Assembly (NCBI GenBank): GCA_963674745.2
Contig: CAXXDV010000003.1
Location: forward strand, 1,312,001 to 1,376,000
Reading direction: 5' to 3'
Length of the DNA stretch: 64,000 bases
Source: Desulfosudaceae bacterium
GTDB taxonomy: Bacteria; Desulfobacterota; Desulfobacteria; Desulfobacterales; Desulfosudaceae
Shown: one piece after another, positions 38,784 to 50,219 of the stretch
Layout of the letters: each line of letters starts with the position of its first letter
Numbering within the stretch: position 1 is the stretch's first letter
Made by a program: the position numbers and the translations under genes
Notes under the pieces: generated by a model
Database searches by the model: none
Told to the model about the DNA's origin: nothing
Seen by the model: only the letters and a program-made list of their open reading frames with translations

Positions 38784-39863
38784 ATGTCTAACGAAAGAGT
38801 TGATACCATTATTGTCGGCGGCGGTCTCAGTGGACTTTATGCGGCCTTTCTGCTGGCGGCAAAGAAAAAACCGTTTGTTCTGCTTGAAGCCCGGTCCCGT
38901 GTGGGCGGCAGAATTTTAAGCACCGAGCACCAAGGTTTTTTTACTGATCTGGGGCCCTCCTGGTATTGGCCCATGATCAACCCCGAGTTAAACGCACTGA
39001 TACATAAACTGGGGCTGAAAGGATATCCTCAGTTTGAATCAGGCCTGTGCCGGTTCCAGGCCAGGGACGGCCATACGGAAACCATCGCAGGTTATCCCAT
39101 GGAACCGCCGGGATGGCGACTTAACGGCGGCATGATCTCCCTTGTCAACGGGCTTTGCGTCCAAATCCCCGAGGATGCCATCCGGCTGAATCATCCGGTC
39201 TGCGAAATCGAACGGCTGGACAATGGTGTCCGGGTTACGGTCGGTCGCCTTGACCATGAACCCAAATGCCGGCTGCAAGCAGCCGACCTCATCCTCGCCT
39301 TACCGCCCCGGCTTGCTGCCGGTTTCATTCTGTTTACACCTGATTTGTCCTACGACATTACCCAGGCCATGTTAAGAGCAAGCACCTGGATGGCGGGGCA
39401 GGCGAAATTTTTCGCCCTGTATGATCGAGCGGACTGGCGCAACCTCGGTCTTTCCGGCCAGGGGTTCAGCCTGTGCGGCCCCTTAGGGGAAATCCATGAC
39501 GGGTCAAGCGAAACCGGCACCCCTTACGGACTGACCGGTTTTGTCGGCGTTCCGGCATTGCGGCGCAAAAACAGCGAAACCATGATCCGTGCCATCCTCG
39601 CCCAGCTTTCGCTTCTTTACGGGCAGCCGGCCGGACACCCCCTCAAAATCTACTACCAGGATTGGGCAACAGAAGAATTCACCGCCACCGAATATGACCA
39701 GCGGGCCGCCCACAATCACCCCGAATTCCATCCACCTTCCGGAAAAACAAGCATCTGGAATAACACCTTTCATTTTGCCGGCACGGAAACAGCCGATGAT
39801 TTCGGCGGTTACCTGGAAGGTGCCTTGTCTAGCGCCAAACGGGCTGTCTCAGCGGTGATCTGA
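38784..39863 (+). CDS. Flavin monoamine oxidase family protein
   Basis: GGGLSGL, EARSRVGGR, FAGTET, GYLEGAL. Confidence 0.9.
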   Translation: MSNERVDTIIVGGGLSGLYAAFLLAAKKKPFVLLEARSRVGGRILSTEHQGFFTDLGPSWYWPMINPELNALIHKLGLKGYPQFESGLCRFQARDGHTETIAGYPMEPPGWRLNGGMISLVNGLCVQIPEDAIRLNHPVCEIERLDNGVRVTVGRLDHEPKCRLQAADLILALPPRLAAGFILFTPDLSYDITQAMLRASTWMAGQAKFFALYDRADWRNLGLSGQGFSLCGPLGEIHDGSSETGTPYGLTGFVGVPALRRKNSETMIRAILAQLSLLYGQPAGHPLKIYYQDWATEEFTATEYDQRAAHNHPEFHPPSGKTSIWNNTFHFAGTETADDFGGYLEGALSSAKRAVSAVI

Positions 39864-39910
39864 CTTTGTGTTTTTCATCTTTTGAGGTGGAACGGTTTTC
39901 ATATCACCTA

Positions 39911-39950
39911 AAAATAAGGGCTCACAGAATCTCTGTAAGCCCTTATTTTT
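39911..39950. terminator. Intrinsic terminator (homologous to the hairpin behind tRNA-Arg)
   Basis: AAAATAAGGGCTCACAGA-A-TCTCTGTAAGCCCTTATTTT. Confidence 0.75.
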
Positions 39951-39952
39951 AT

Positions 39953-39975
39953 TGGCGCGCCCGGCAGGGTTCGAA
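39953..39975 (-). repeat. Duplicated 3' end of tRNA-Arg (att-like direct repeat)
   Basis: TGGCGCGCCCGGCAGGGTTCGAA matches 42784-42806 at 22/23 positions. Confidence 0.85.
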
Positions 39976-40037
39976 GCTTAAGGGGGGAATTCTATGAGAA
40001 CCCGAATCCCGGTCAACGGCACAAGCGTCTGGTATGT

Positions 40038-41066
40038 TTATCGCAGGGCATCAGTGATAAAACAGCCACCACCTCCACCACCTCCACCACCTCCACCGCC
40101 TCCATCGTCTTCATCTCCGTTGGTAACGGCATTGATTATGATCGAAACCATATCTACATCAGTCAGACCGGTCAAATCTTCCACTGTCAATTGAAACGTC
40201 AATGTTAACGGATCTCCGGTAACTTCCGGTGCTGTAAACGTCGGGTTGACGGCTGATGAATCCGAAAGCGTCACATTGACTCCCGCGGTCTGCTGCCAGA
40301 GGTAGCTGATGATATCATCATCCGGATGAAAAGAGCCGGAACCGTCCAGTGTTACCTGGTCCCCTTCGGTAACGGTTTGATCACCACCCGCATCGGCAGT
40401 CGGCGGCACATTGTCTTCATCTGCCACGGTTATCGTAACGGTGTCGGTGTCGAAAAAACCGGCCTCGTCTCTCACCCTCAGTTGAAAGGTCAACACTTCC
40501 GGATTCCCGGAGACCTCCGGTGCCGTTAACGTGGGGTTGACCGCTGATGAATCCGACAATGTCACACTGACGCCTGCCGTCTGCCGCCAGAAATAGCTCG
40601 CGATGTCATTGTCCAGATCGGATGAACCGGAACCGTTCAGCGTTACCAGGCTGTTTTCGATGACGGTTTGATCTGCACCCGCATCAGCGTTCGGTGAGTT
40701 AAACTTCCTGAAAACCGCTGTAACGTCTGTTGGCCCATCAGCAGACACAAATAAAGGATTGGATGTTGTTCTCGACGTATTGACGATCCATTCGATAAAT
40801 TGAAAACCGCCATTTGTATTGGGTGTAGCTGTAAGGGTGTATTCGTTGCTGCATGTATAAACGGCCGGGTATGCGGTTATGGGGGTTGTAAAATTGGGGG
40901 ACGTAACCTCACCGCCATTTGCCGGGCTGACATTCACGGTCAGCGGGTCAATCCCTCAACCGGCTTCGGCAGGGCCGGGGAAATTCAGAAAACAACCGAT
41001 CAGAAGCAGGAATACGCAACCGTAAAAACTTTTAAGTGTGTTGTTCAAAAAATGTTTGCTGGTCAT
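40038..41066 (-). CDS. Secreted surface protein: signal peptide, in-frame UGA (codon 37), InlB-B-like repeat, two PKD/K319-like repeats, poly-Gly-CFI C-terminus; candidate selenoprotein or nonsense pseudogene
   Basis: AAGGAG RBS and ATG 41066 in frame with ORF 40038..40937; only interruption is TGA at 40956-40958; PxADAGxDQTV...LDGSGS repeats; G13-CFI tail. Confidence 0.8.
40926..40944 (-). promoter_or_regulatory. Candidate bacterial SECIS hairpin
   Basis: GCUGAC-CGUGAAU-GUCAGC starting 11 nt after the in-frame UGA. Confidence 0.5.
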
Positions 41067-41630
41067 ATTTTTCTCCTTATTGATTTGATATGGGGACAAA
41101 ATTATCCCCTTTCATTTCTAATGATAAGTCTTCAAAGCGTTGTATAGCTGATTGCCAAGTTAGGAATATCGTTTGAATAGGCGACCAATTTGTTATTACT
41201 TATGAAGCGTTGCCAAAAAACAGGGCAAATACCACAATGTGGTAGTTCAATATTATTATTATCCTGTTCTCGTGTCAAGGCAAAAAAGCATAGCTCAGGG
41301 AATGTATTTTCAATGGGTAACAAACACCTGAAAATATACTGAATAAACGGTTATATGGAATCAACAAATTTTTTAAGAATGAAGGCAGGGGGAGGGTGCG
41401 TCAAAGAATGAGGTTGTAATATTGATAGATTACGTTTTAATATCGTTAGAGTTATTCAAGCCTCGTCATTTTTAAATGTAAAGACAAAAATCATGGACAC
41501 CATCAATCGCGTCAGCGGGGAATTATAACCTAATAACATGGTATTGTTGATGTCATGGCCGAATTCCCTTCACTATTGAAGCTCCATACTGGAAGTTGAT
41601 GATATGTATATTCAATTAAGGAGAAATCTT

Positions 41631-42284
41631 ATGAAAAAGTCCTGTCTATTTTTACTCATGACAATTTTTGTTTCATTCTCATTGGCCTATGCCGATTTTT
41701 CAACTAATACCTTTGATGAATGTGGCGTTTATGTGCAAAAGCTGGAACGTGAAAAAAATAAATTAGATAACTTTGAGGATGAGGTAATCTCTCCAATGGT
41801 AAAGGAGATGCGCAGATTGAAAAAAACTGTAAATCATAGAATCCAGCGGCCCCGGGAGATTGAAATCAAAATTTCAAAGCTGGAAAATGGAATAAAAAAA
41901 CTTGAAATTGATATTAAGAAAAATATTAATAAAATCGACTTGCTAACCAAAGAGGCGGAAGCTTTTGAGGCCAAGGGCAAGCAGGTAGATGCCAGGAAGA
42001 AGAGAAAAAAAAGTGGAGAGCTGGAAAGACAAAATATCAATAAAACGTCAAGGATAGAAAGAAATTCCGGAAAAATTGATGATCTCAAGGAAGAAGCGGA
42101 AGAAATTAGAACTGCCCGGCAACCACTACCAAAGTTGGAAGAAGAATTAGCACAACTTGAAATGCAGCTTAAAGATCAGGAACAAATAAAAAAACATCTT
42201 AAGGAAAATGTTGTTTTTTACGAAAATACACTGGAAATGTGTCGTGACTACATACAACTTCGTATAGAGTGTGGTAGAAATTAA
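41631..42284 (+). CDS. Secreted coiled-coil hypothetical protein (AT-rich)
   Basis: AAGGAG RBS, signal peptide ...SLAYA-D, Lys/Glu-rich heptads. Confidence 0.75.
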   Translation: MKKSCLFLLMTIFVSFSLAYADFSTNTFDECGVYVQKLEREKNKLDNFEDEVISPMVKEMRRLKKTVNHRIQRPREIEIKISKLENGIKKLEIDIKKNINKIDLLTKEAEAFEAKGKQVDARKKRKKSGELERQNINKTSRIERNSGKIDDLKEEAEEIRTARQPLPKLEEELAQLEMQLKDQEQIKKHLKENVVFYENTLEMCRDYIQLRIECGRN

Positions 42285-42399
42285 ATAGGGAAAAAAGATC
42301 CTGTCTGATTCGGGGTAAACTTTTAGGTGAGATAATGGGTTTTAATACGGTCCAGTTTTTAAACAACCTGGTGATAGTCGAATTTTTAGGCCAGGATGC

Positions 42400-42680
42400 T
42401 GACCCGTCCCCTATAATGACCCCACTTTAAGTGAGAGTTCCAAACATGCAACCTGGCGACGAGACCCTTTAAAAGTCTCGTCGCTCGCAAAAGGCAACAG
42501 GACTGATTCAGGTGCGGGTGGACGGTACCCCAAAGCGCTGTGTGGGCGAATGGTGTTATATTCTTGCCGCCAGTCCTCGATCAGCACCTGAGCCTCTTTC
42601 AAGGTATCAAAAAGCTCTCGATTGAGCCAATTCATCACGAAGCTTGCCGTTAAAACTTTCCACATATCCATTTTCCCAAG
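42400..42680 (-). pseudogene. IS3-family (IS407-like) transposase 3' fragment with right inverted repeat
   Basis: WENGYVESFNGKLRDE frameshifted into LNRE...YNTIRPHSALGYRPP; end TGACCCGTCCCC at 42400. Confidence 0.85.
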
Positions 42681-42741
42681 TTTTTCCTTAACTTTCTATA
42701 TAGTCCAAATGTTATCCACACAAAGATTCACACACGGGAAA

Positions 42742-42780
42742 AAAAGAAGGGTTTACAGAATATCTGTAAACCCTTTATTT
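42742..42780 (-). terminator. Intrinsic terminator downstream of tRNA-Arg
   Basis: AAGGGTTTACAGA-ATA-TCTGTAAACCCTT with A/T tracts. Confidence 0.8.
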
Positions 42781-42783
42781 TAG

Positions 42784-42861
<78 letters not shown>

Positions 42862-43089
42862 AATATATCGTTTTATGTTGATGTAGTTTCTAAATGATAG
42901 TAGGGATAATGTCAACAATAACTTGATTTAATATCGAAACAGGCGGATTTATTTTAAAAATATTATTAATTAACGTGTTTAAGTATGTTAAAAATTTGTC
43001 CGGGACAGGAAACCCGGCATTTTACAATCACTGGACGTTGTCACTGGATACAATGGCAGCGCTTGTCGGCTGATAACTTAGGGCAGGGG

Positions 43090-43542
43090 ATGAGTGATCA
43101 CGAAACATACATGCGCATGGCCCTCGGTCTTGCTCAGGAGGCCGGTGATCATGGTGAGGTCCCGGTGGGTGCCGTGCTGGTAGGTGGTTCCGGTGAAGTG
43201 CTTTCCACAGCCTTTAACCAGCCGATATCGTTAAGTGATCCGACGGCCCATGCAGAGATTATGGCATTGCGGGAAGCCGGTCGCAGGGTATTAAATTACC
43301 GATTGTTAAACACCACGCTCTATGTTACGATTGAGCCTTGTCTGATGTGCATGGGTGCCATCATACACGCCCGGGTAAAAACTGTTGTGTACGGCGCCCC
43401 TGATCCCAAATGGGGAGCAGCGGGTTCTTTATATAATTTAGCGGACGACAATCGACTGAATCACCACCCCGAGATTGTGGCGGGGGTTTGTGAAGAAGAA
43501 TGCCGTCAATTAATGCAATCGTTTTTCAGGGCCAGAAGATAA
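43090..43542 (+). CDS. tadA: tRNA adenosine(34) deaminase
   Basis: EVPVGAVLV, DPTAHAE, TIEPCLMC. Confidence 0.95.
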   Translation: MSDHETYMRMALGLAQEAGDHGEVPVGAVLVGGSGEVLSTAFNQPISLSDPTAHAEIMALREAGRRVLNYRLLNTTLYVTIEPCLMCMGAIIHARVKTVVYGAPDPKWGAAGSLYNLADDNRLNHHPEIVAGVCEEECRQLMQSFFRARR

Positions 43543-43554
43543 TCTTGAACTTGA

Positions 43555-44859
<1,305 letters not shown>

Positions 44860-44921
44860 ATAAAAGCATCTGATATTTTCCATTGACAACCTGATTCGTG
44901 TAAACTAAATATACAAAAAGT

Positions 44922-44998
44922 CGGGACGTGGCTCAGTCTGGTAGAGCACAGCGTTCGGGACGCTGGGGTCGCAAGTTCAAATCTTGCCGTCCCGACCA
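44922..44998 (+). tRNA. tRNA-Pro(CGG)
   Basis: CGGGACG acceptor stem, anticodon stem CAGCG-TTCGGGA-CGCTG, encoded CCA; TTGACA at 44883. Confidence 0.96.
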
Positions 44999-45020
44999 CA
45001 ACTAAAAAGCGGGTGACAGC

Positions 45021-45722
45021 ATGGACATGGACGCATCCACTTACACTATTGAGTACGAGTTCTGTTTTGATGACAACAGCCAGAAAAATTTCAAGATAGA
45101 ACTTGATTCCGATACGATTTCCATCATCCATCCTCAACCGACAGAATTCCCGGCATGGACGTCTCTGGACAATGAGCAGTGCGAATGCTGTCCGCTGACC
45201 CTGGAAGACACACCATATTGTCCCATAGCGGTCAATATGGCCGAACTGGTGGAAGAATTCAAAAACACCTTTTCCCATGATACCTGCCTTGTATACTGCA
45301 AGACACTTGAGCGGACCTATCAAAAACAGACATCCGTTCAGGAAGGGCTTTTTTCCATCATGGGAATTATCATGGCCACCAGCAATTGCCCGGTGATGAA
45401 CCTTTTTAAACCCATGGCACGTTTTCATCTGCCGTTTTCAACGATTCAGGAAACCATGGTCCGTTCCGCCTCCATGTACCTGCTTCGCCAGTATTTTGTT
45501 CATAAAAAAGGAAAAAATCCGGACCTGGACATGGAAAAGCTCGACGCGCATTATGAAAATGTCCAGAAGGTCAACAAAGGCATTCTGGCCCGTATCGGCA
45601 GTGTTGTCGAAAAGGATGCGGACAAAAACGCGATCATTATTCTCAATTCCCTGGCCCAGCTCTTCAACGTGGAAATCGATGATAATCTGACATCGGTTTA
45701 TTACCTGTTCGACATTGATTGA
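45021..45722 (+). CDS. Conserved Cys-containing hypothetical protein (DUF6901-like)
   Basis: QCECCPL...YCPIA, SNCP...FKPMARFHLPF. Confidence 0.6.
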   Translation: MDMDASTYTIEYEFCFDDNSQKNFKIELDSDTISIIHPQPTEFPAWTSLDNEQCECCPLTLEDTPYCPIAVNMAELVEEFKNTFSHDTCLVYCKTLERTYQKQTSVQEGLFSIMGIIMATSNCPVMNLFKPMARFHLPFSTIQETMVRSASMYLLRQYFVHKKGKNPDLDMEKLDAHYENVQKVNKGILARIGSVVEKDADKNAIIILNSLAQLFNVEIDDNLTSVYYLFDID

Positions 45723-45854
45723 TACCCGCCGGCTTTTGCCATCTGTTTTACCCGGTTATTCTCCTGCTCCTTTTATTCCTTCCGCACTGGTATATTGAAA
45801 ATCCGTTCAGTTTTTATTATAATGATTAAAATGGAACCAGGTGGAAGGTAGGTT

Positions 45855-47132
45855 ATGAAAAACCGGTCGAGGGTGATCGAAGAATTACTGGCAAAAGGTG
45901 TTTCCATTCCGGCACCGGAAAGCGTGGAAATTGACGAGAGCGTTTCCGTTGACCGGATTTCCGCTGACGGGGTCACCATTCACGCCGGATGCCGGGTTTA
46001 CGGGGCGTCCACCTACATTTCACGGGACGTGTCGATTGGCCGGGAAGGACCGGTGACGATTCAAAACTGCCAGATCGGACCGCAAGCCCGCCTGGGCGGT
46101 GGTTTCTATACTGACGCGGTATTTCTGGAAGGCGTCAAAACCGGGGCCAACGCGCATGTCCGTGAGGGCACGATCATGGAGGAGGCCAGCAGCCTGGCTC
46201 ACGCGGTCGGCCTGAAACAGACGATACTGTTTCCCTTTGTTACGCTGGGCAGTCTGATCAATTTCTGTGATTGCCTGATGACCGGGGGAACGGACAGCAA
46301 AAATCACAGTGAAGTGGGCAGCTCGTATATTCATTTCAATTTTTCACCCAACCAGGACAAGGCAACGCCATCGTTGTTCGGTGATGTACCGCGGGGTGTC
46401 ATGCTGCGTCAACGGCCGATTTTCCTGGGAGGGCAGGGCGGTGCTGTGGGACCCCTGCATCTGGCTTTCGGTTCGGTTACGGCGGCGGGTACGATCTGCC
46501 GGAAAGATGAGTTCAATTCCGGCAAACTGATTATCGGGAGAACCCTCAAGGGCGGAACAATAGAGTATTCACCCGGCATATATCCGAATATTAACAGAAT
46601 TGTCGCCAACAATATTAATTATATTGCCAATCTGATCGCCCTGCTGCGCTGGTACGAAAGTGTCCGTGCCATGTTTGTTCATTCCGAACGATTCCCTGAC
46701 GCGTTACTTGAGGGGTTGAAAGAAAAAATAAACATGGGGGTTGCAGAACGGATAAAACGTTTTGAAGGATTATGCGAAAAGATGCCGTATGCCATCGCCC
46801 TGATTACGCGTGAGGATGACCGGCCGACAGTACTCCTTGAACAGAAGCAGGAACTTCTTGCAAAGAAAGAAATCGTTCCTGAGTTATTGCGGCTGATGAT
46901 CAAGTCAGAAGCCGGAGATGAACGTATGAAAAATTTATTTCTGGAAGGATTAAGCCAGGCCCGCCTTGAATCTGATCCTGATTATCTATCTGCCATTAAA
47001 TCATTAAAGCAGGCGGATGTTAATAACGGCACGGTCTGGTTGAGATCTGTTGTTGATTCTGTTGTTGACCGGATCGGTGACGTTCTGCCTTCGTTCAGTT
47101 TAATGACCAAACGACAAAATAAAATGATATGA
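45855..47132 (+). CDS. GlmU-related left-handed beta-helix acetyltransferase lacking the uridylyltransferase domain
   Basis: Begins LLAKGVSIPAPESVEID (GlmU linker-like), hexapeptide repeats; overlaps the glmM start. Confidence 0.65.
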   Translation: MKNRSRVIEELLAKGVSIPAPESVEIDESVSVDRISADGVTIHAGCRVYGASTYISRDVSIGREGPVTIQNCQIGPQARLGGGFYTDAVFLEGVKTGANAHVREGTIMEEASSLAHAVGLKQTILFPFVTLGSLINFCDCLMTGGTDSKNHSEVGSSYIHFNFSPNQDKATPSLFGDVPRGVMLRQRPIFLGGQGGAVGPLHLAFGSVTAAGTICRKDEFNSGKLIIGRTLKGGTIEYSPGIYPNINRIVANNINYIANLIALLRWYESVRAMFVHSERFPDALLEGLKEKINMGVAERIKRFEGLCEKMPYAIALITREDDRPTVLLEQKQELLAKKEIVPELLRLMIKSEAGDERMKNLFLEGLSQARLESDPDYLSAIKSLKQADVNNGTVWLRSVVDSVVDRIGDVLPSFSLMTKRQNKMI

Positions 47133-48472
47133 CCAGGCTTTTTGGTACGGATGGAATCCGGGGAACCGCCGGTGAATACCCCTTGACAGTGGATATGGTC
47201 ACGGCAATCGGCCGGGTGGTGGCCGGTTTCTTTGCAGAACAAAACAGGGCTGAACCGACAACCATTATTGTTGGTAAAGACACCCGTGAATCCGGGGATA
47301 TGCTTGCCAGCGCCTTGTGCGCGGGTATCTGCTCCATGGGTGTAAACGTCTGTATGACCGGGGTTATGCCGACACCGGGCGTCGCCTTTCTTACCCTTGA
47401 CCGCAAAGCGGATGCCGGTATTGTTCTTTCCGCTTCTCACAATCCCTACATGGACAACGGGATTAAAATATTTCATCATCTGGGGTACAAGCTTTCAGTC
47501 GCCCGGGAGATGGAACTGGAGACACGTATCCTCTCCGCCCGTGAACTGTCTGTTTCCGACAACAATCGGATGGGCCGGATTTTTTACATGCATGATGCCG
47601 TCAGCCTTTACGCTGATTTCTTAAACAGCATCCGCGAACGATATCCCTTTGATCAGCCAAAACTGGTTGTGGATTGTGCCAACGGCGCCGTGTCGGGTAT
47701 AGCCGAAAAGGTGTTTCCCGAAGCAACGGTTTTATTCAACTCACCGGACGGCAAGAACATCAACAATGATTGTGGTTCAGAATATCCCCGGGCCCTTTGC
47801 CGCAAAGTAGTGGCGCAGGGGGCTGCTGCCGGATTCGCTTTTGACGGTGACGGTGACAGGGTGATCGCGGCTGACGAAAAGGGGAGTGTGATATCCGGTG
47901 ACCGCCTCATCGCGGTTTGTGCCGCTTATTTTAAAGAAAAGGGGCTTCTTAAAAACAATACGGTTGTCACTACGGTGATGAGCAATATCGGGCTGACCCG
48001 CTTTCTGCGTGAACAGGATATTGCGCATCTCATGACCGACGTGGGCGACCGGCACGTACTGGAAAAAATGCTGGACAGCGGCGCGGTCATCGGTGGTGAG
48101 GATTCCGGGCATATCATATTTTCAGATTACCAGACAACCGGTGACGGGATGCTGACCGCCCTGATGATCTGCGGCATAATGGCACAGACCGAAAAACCGT
48201 TATCCGAACTGGTCGCCTGCATGACTGTCTATCCACAGGAACTGGTCAATGTTCCTGTGAGGGAGAAGACCGATCTGGATACAATTGAATCGGTTCAGAA
48301 TGCGATCAAGGCCGTTGAAGCGGACCTTGGTGAATCAGGCCGTGTGCTGGTAAGGTATTCAGGAACCCAGCCCCTTTGCCGGGTGATGGTTGAGGCCGGG
48401 TCTTCCAGCCGGGCCAAAGAGGCTGCCGGACGGATTGTTGAGGCCATTCGTCTTGAAATCGGTTCATCTTAA
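47129..48472 (+). CDS. glmM: Phosphoglucosamine mutase
   Basis: FGTDGIRG, SASHNP, DGDGDR, GGEDSGH, RYSGTQP. Confidence 0.96.
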   Translation: MTRLFGTDGIRGTAGEYPLTVDMVTAIGRVVAGFFAEQNRAEPTTIIVGKDTRESGDMLASALCAGICSMGVNVCMTGVMPTPGVAFLTLDRKADAGIVLSASHNPYMDNGIKIFHHLGYKLSVAREMELETRILSARELSVSDNNRMGRIFYMHDAVSLYADFLNSIRERYPFDQPKLVVDCANGAVSGIAEKVFPEATVLFNSPDGKNINNDCGSEYPRALCRKVVAQGAAAGFAFDGDGDRVIAADEKGSVISGDRLIAVCAAYFKEKGLLKNNTVVTTVMSNIGLTRFLREQDIAHLMTDVGDRHVLEKMLDSGAVIGGEDSGHIIFSDYQTTGDGMLTALMICGIMAQTEKPLSELVACMTVYPQELVNVPVREKTDLDTIESVQNAIKAVEADLGESGRVLVRYSGTQPLCRVMVEAGSSSRAKEAAGRIVEAIRLEIGSS

Positions 48473-48553
48473 GGCAGGTTTTTAAATCAGGCTTTTCGGA
48501 TTGTTTCATTTCGGAGAAGCGTTGACGTTTTTTATACACAAAAAGGAGAAGTG

Positions 48554-50131
48554 ATGAAAATAACATTTCATGGCGCGACTGGAGAAGTGACCGGTTCAAT
48601 GCATTTATTACAGACAGACAGTGATAACGTCCTGCTCGACTGCGGCCTTTTCCAGGGCAGGAGGGCCGAGGCAGCCCAAAAAAACCGCACCGCTCCGTTT
48701 GATCCATCCATATTAACCAATATTGTCCTTTCCCATGCCCATATCGATCATTCGGGCAGACTTCCGATGATGGTTCGGCAGGGTTTCGGCGGACGAATCC
48801 TGTCCACCCGCGCCACCGAAGATGTCTGCGATTACATGCTCATGGACGCGGCCCATATCCAGGAGTCAGATGCGCAGTACCTCAATTACAAGGCTGTTCG
48901 AAACGCCGTCCATAAAAAAACAAGCGGGAAAAAAGGGGGCGGCGGTTCACACCGGGAGTTGAAAGAAGCCGCCAAGTTGCTGAAAAAGGGCAAATCAGGC
49001 CTCAATGCGGAGCAGATCGGAAAACTGGCGTCAAAACTGGGTGTATCCATGGCCGAACCCCTTTACACCATGCTCGATGCCACCAACGCCCTGTCGTGTT
49101 TTGAAGGCATTCCCTACCGGACACCCGTTGAGATTGGAAAGAATATGACGGTTACGTTCTACGAAGCCGGTCATATCCTGGGATCAGCCATCAGTATTAT
49201 CAAATATAAGGAACAGGGCAGGGAGAAGAAAATCTGTTTTACCGGCGATCTCGGCCGGTTCGGCAAAGCCATTATCCGGGACCCCAACCTTGATTTTGCG
49301 CCTGAAGACCGGGATATCGATCTGTTGATCATCGAAAGCACTTACGGCGACAGGGAGCACGGCCCGGTAAGTGATTTAACGGCCAGAATGAATTCGGTTT
49401 TATCAGAGACGCTAGACAGAAACGGCACGGTGGTGATTCCGGCATTTGCTTACGGACGCACACAGGAAATGCTTTATGCCATTCATGAGATTTATAATAC
49501 CAACAACATCAAGCATGTTCCCGTTTATGTCGACAGTCCGCTGGCCAGCAAGCTGACCCGGGTTTTTGTCGAACATCCGGAAGTCTATGATGGTGAAACC
49601 CACAAAACGTTTCTTGAAATCGGCGAAAACCCCTTCGTGTTTAAAGAACTCGGTTTTGTCAAGTCGGTTGAAGAATCAATGGTATTAATGAGAGACAAAA
49701 CCCCCCATATCGTCATATCCGCATCGGGTATGTGTGAATTCGGCCGTATCCTGCATCATCTCCGCTACAAAATTCACAACCCCGCCAACACCATTTTAAT
49801 TGTCGGCTATATGGCGGAACATACCCTGGGACGGAAAATCCTGGAAGAGGGCAGGAAATATGAAAAGTCGGGCCGGAAAACAGAGCCCCCGATAATGAAG
49901 TTTTTTGGTAAAGAATACCCTTTAAAGGCTCATGTGTCTAAGATTGACGGGTTCAGCGCCCACGGGGACAAGCACGAGTTGATGCGGTTTGTCAAAGAAT
50001 CAAACCTGAACATTAAAAAAGCCGCCGTTGTTCATGGTGAGGCCGAACAGTCCCTGGCGTTTTCCAAGGCGCTTGAGGGGGAAGGCATAGAGACGGTTGT
50101 GCCGGTACCGGGCCAGACGGTTTCGATATAA
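48554..50131 (+). CDS. MBL-fold beta-CASP ribonuclease
   Basis: SHAHIDHSG, AGHILG, ESTYG, SASGMC, FSAHGD, VHGE. Confidence 0.92.
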   Translation: MKITFHGATGEVTGSMHLLQTDSDNVLLDCGLFQGRRAEAAQKNRTAPFDPSILTNIVLSHAHIDHSGRLPMMVRQGFGGRILSTRATEDVCDYMLMDAAHIQESDAQYLNYKAVRNAVHKKTSGKKGGGGSHRELKEAAKLLKKGKSGLNAEQIGKLASKLGVSMAEPLYTMLDATNALSCFEGIPYRTPVEIGKNMTVTFYEAGHILGSAISIIKYKEQGREKKICFTGDLGRFGKAIIRDPNLDFAPEDRDIDLLIIESTYGDREHGPVSDLTARMNSVLSETLDRNGTVVIPAFAYGRTQEMLYAIHEIYNTNNIKHVPVYVDSPLASKLTRVFVEHPEVYDGETHKTFLEIGENPFVFKELGFVKSVEESMVLMRDKTPHIVISASGMCEFGRILHHLRYKIHNPANTILIVGYMAEHTLGRKILEEGRKYEKSGRKTEPPIMKFFGKEYPLKAHVSKIDGFSAHGDKHELMRFVKESNLNIKKAAVVHGEAEQSLAFSKALEGEGIETVVPVPGQTVSI

Positions 50132-50133
50132 AC

Positions 50134-50190
50134 GTGGGGGTACCCTCCTGTAACCGCTAGATAAACGGGTACCCAAGGGGGAGTGCCCCT
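50134..50190. repeat. Degenerate REP-like / terminator palindromes between convergent genes
   Basis: GTGGGGGTACCC...GGGTACCCAAGGGGGAGTGCCCCT. Confidence 0.4.
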
Positions 50191-50219
50191 TTTTCTTTAT
50201 TTATTCGAAAGGATAGGTA

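Noticed and set aside
39994..40194. Poly-Pro ORF on the + strand
   Set aside because: Antisense shadow of the poly-Gly tract of the surface protein
42712..42720. Perfect DnaA box TTATCCACA suggesting oriC
   Set aside because: Single box, no dnaA/dnaN context, and the window carries terminus signatures; better explained as chance or an integrase arm-type repeat
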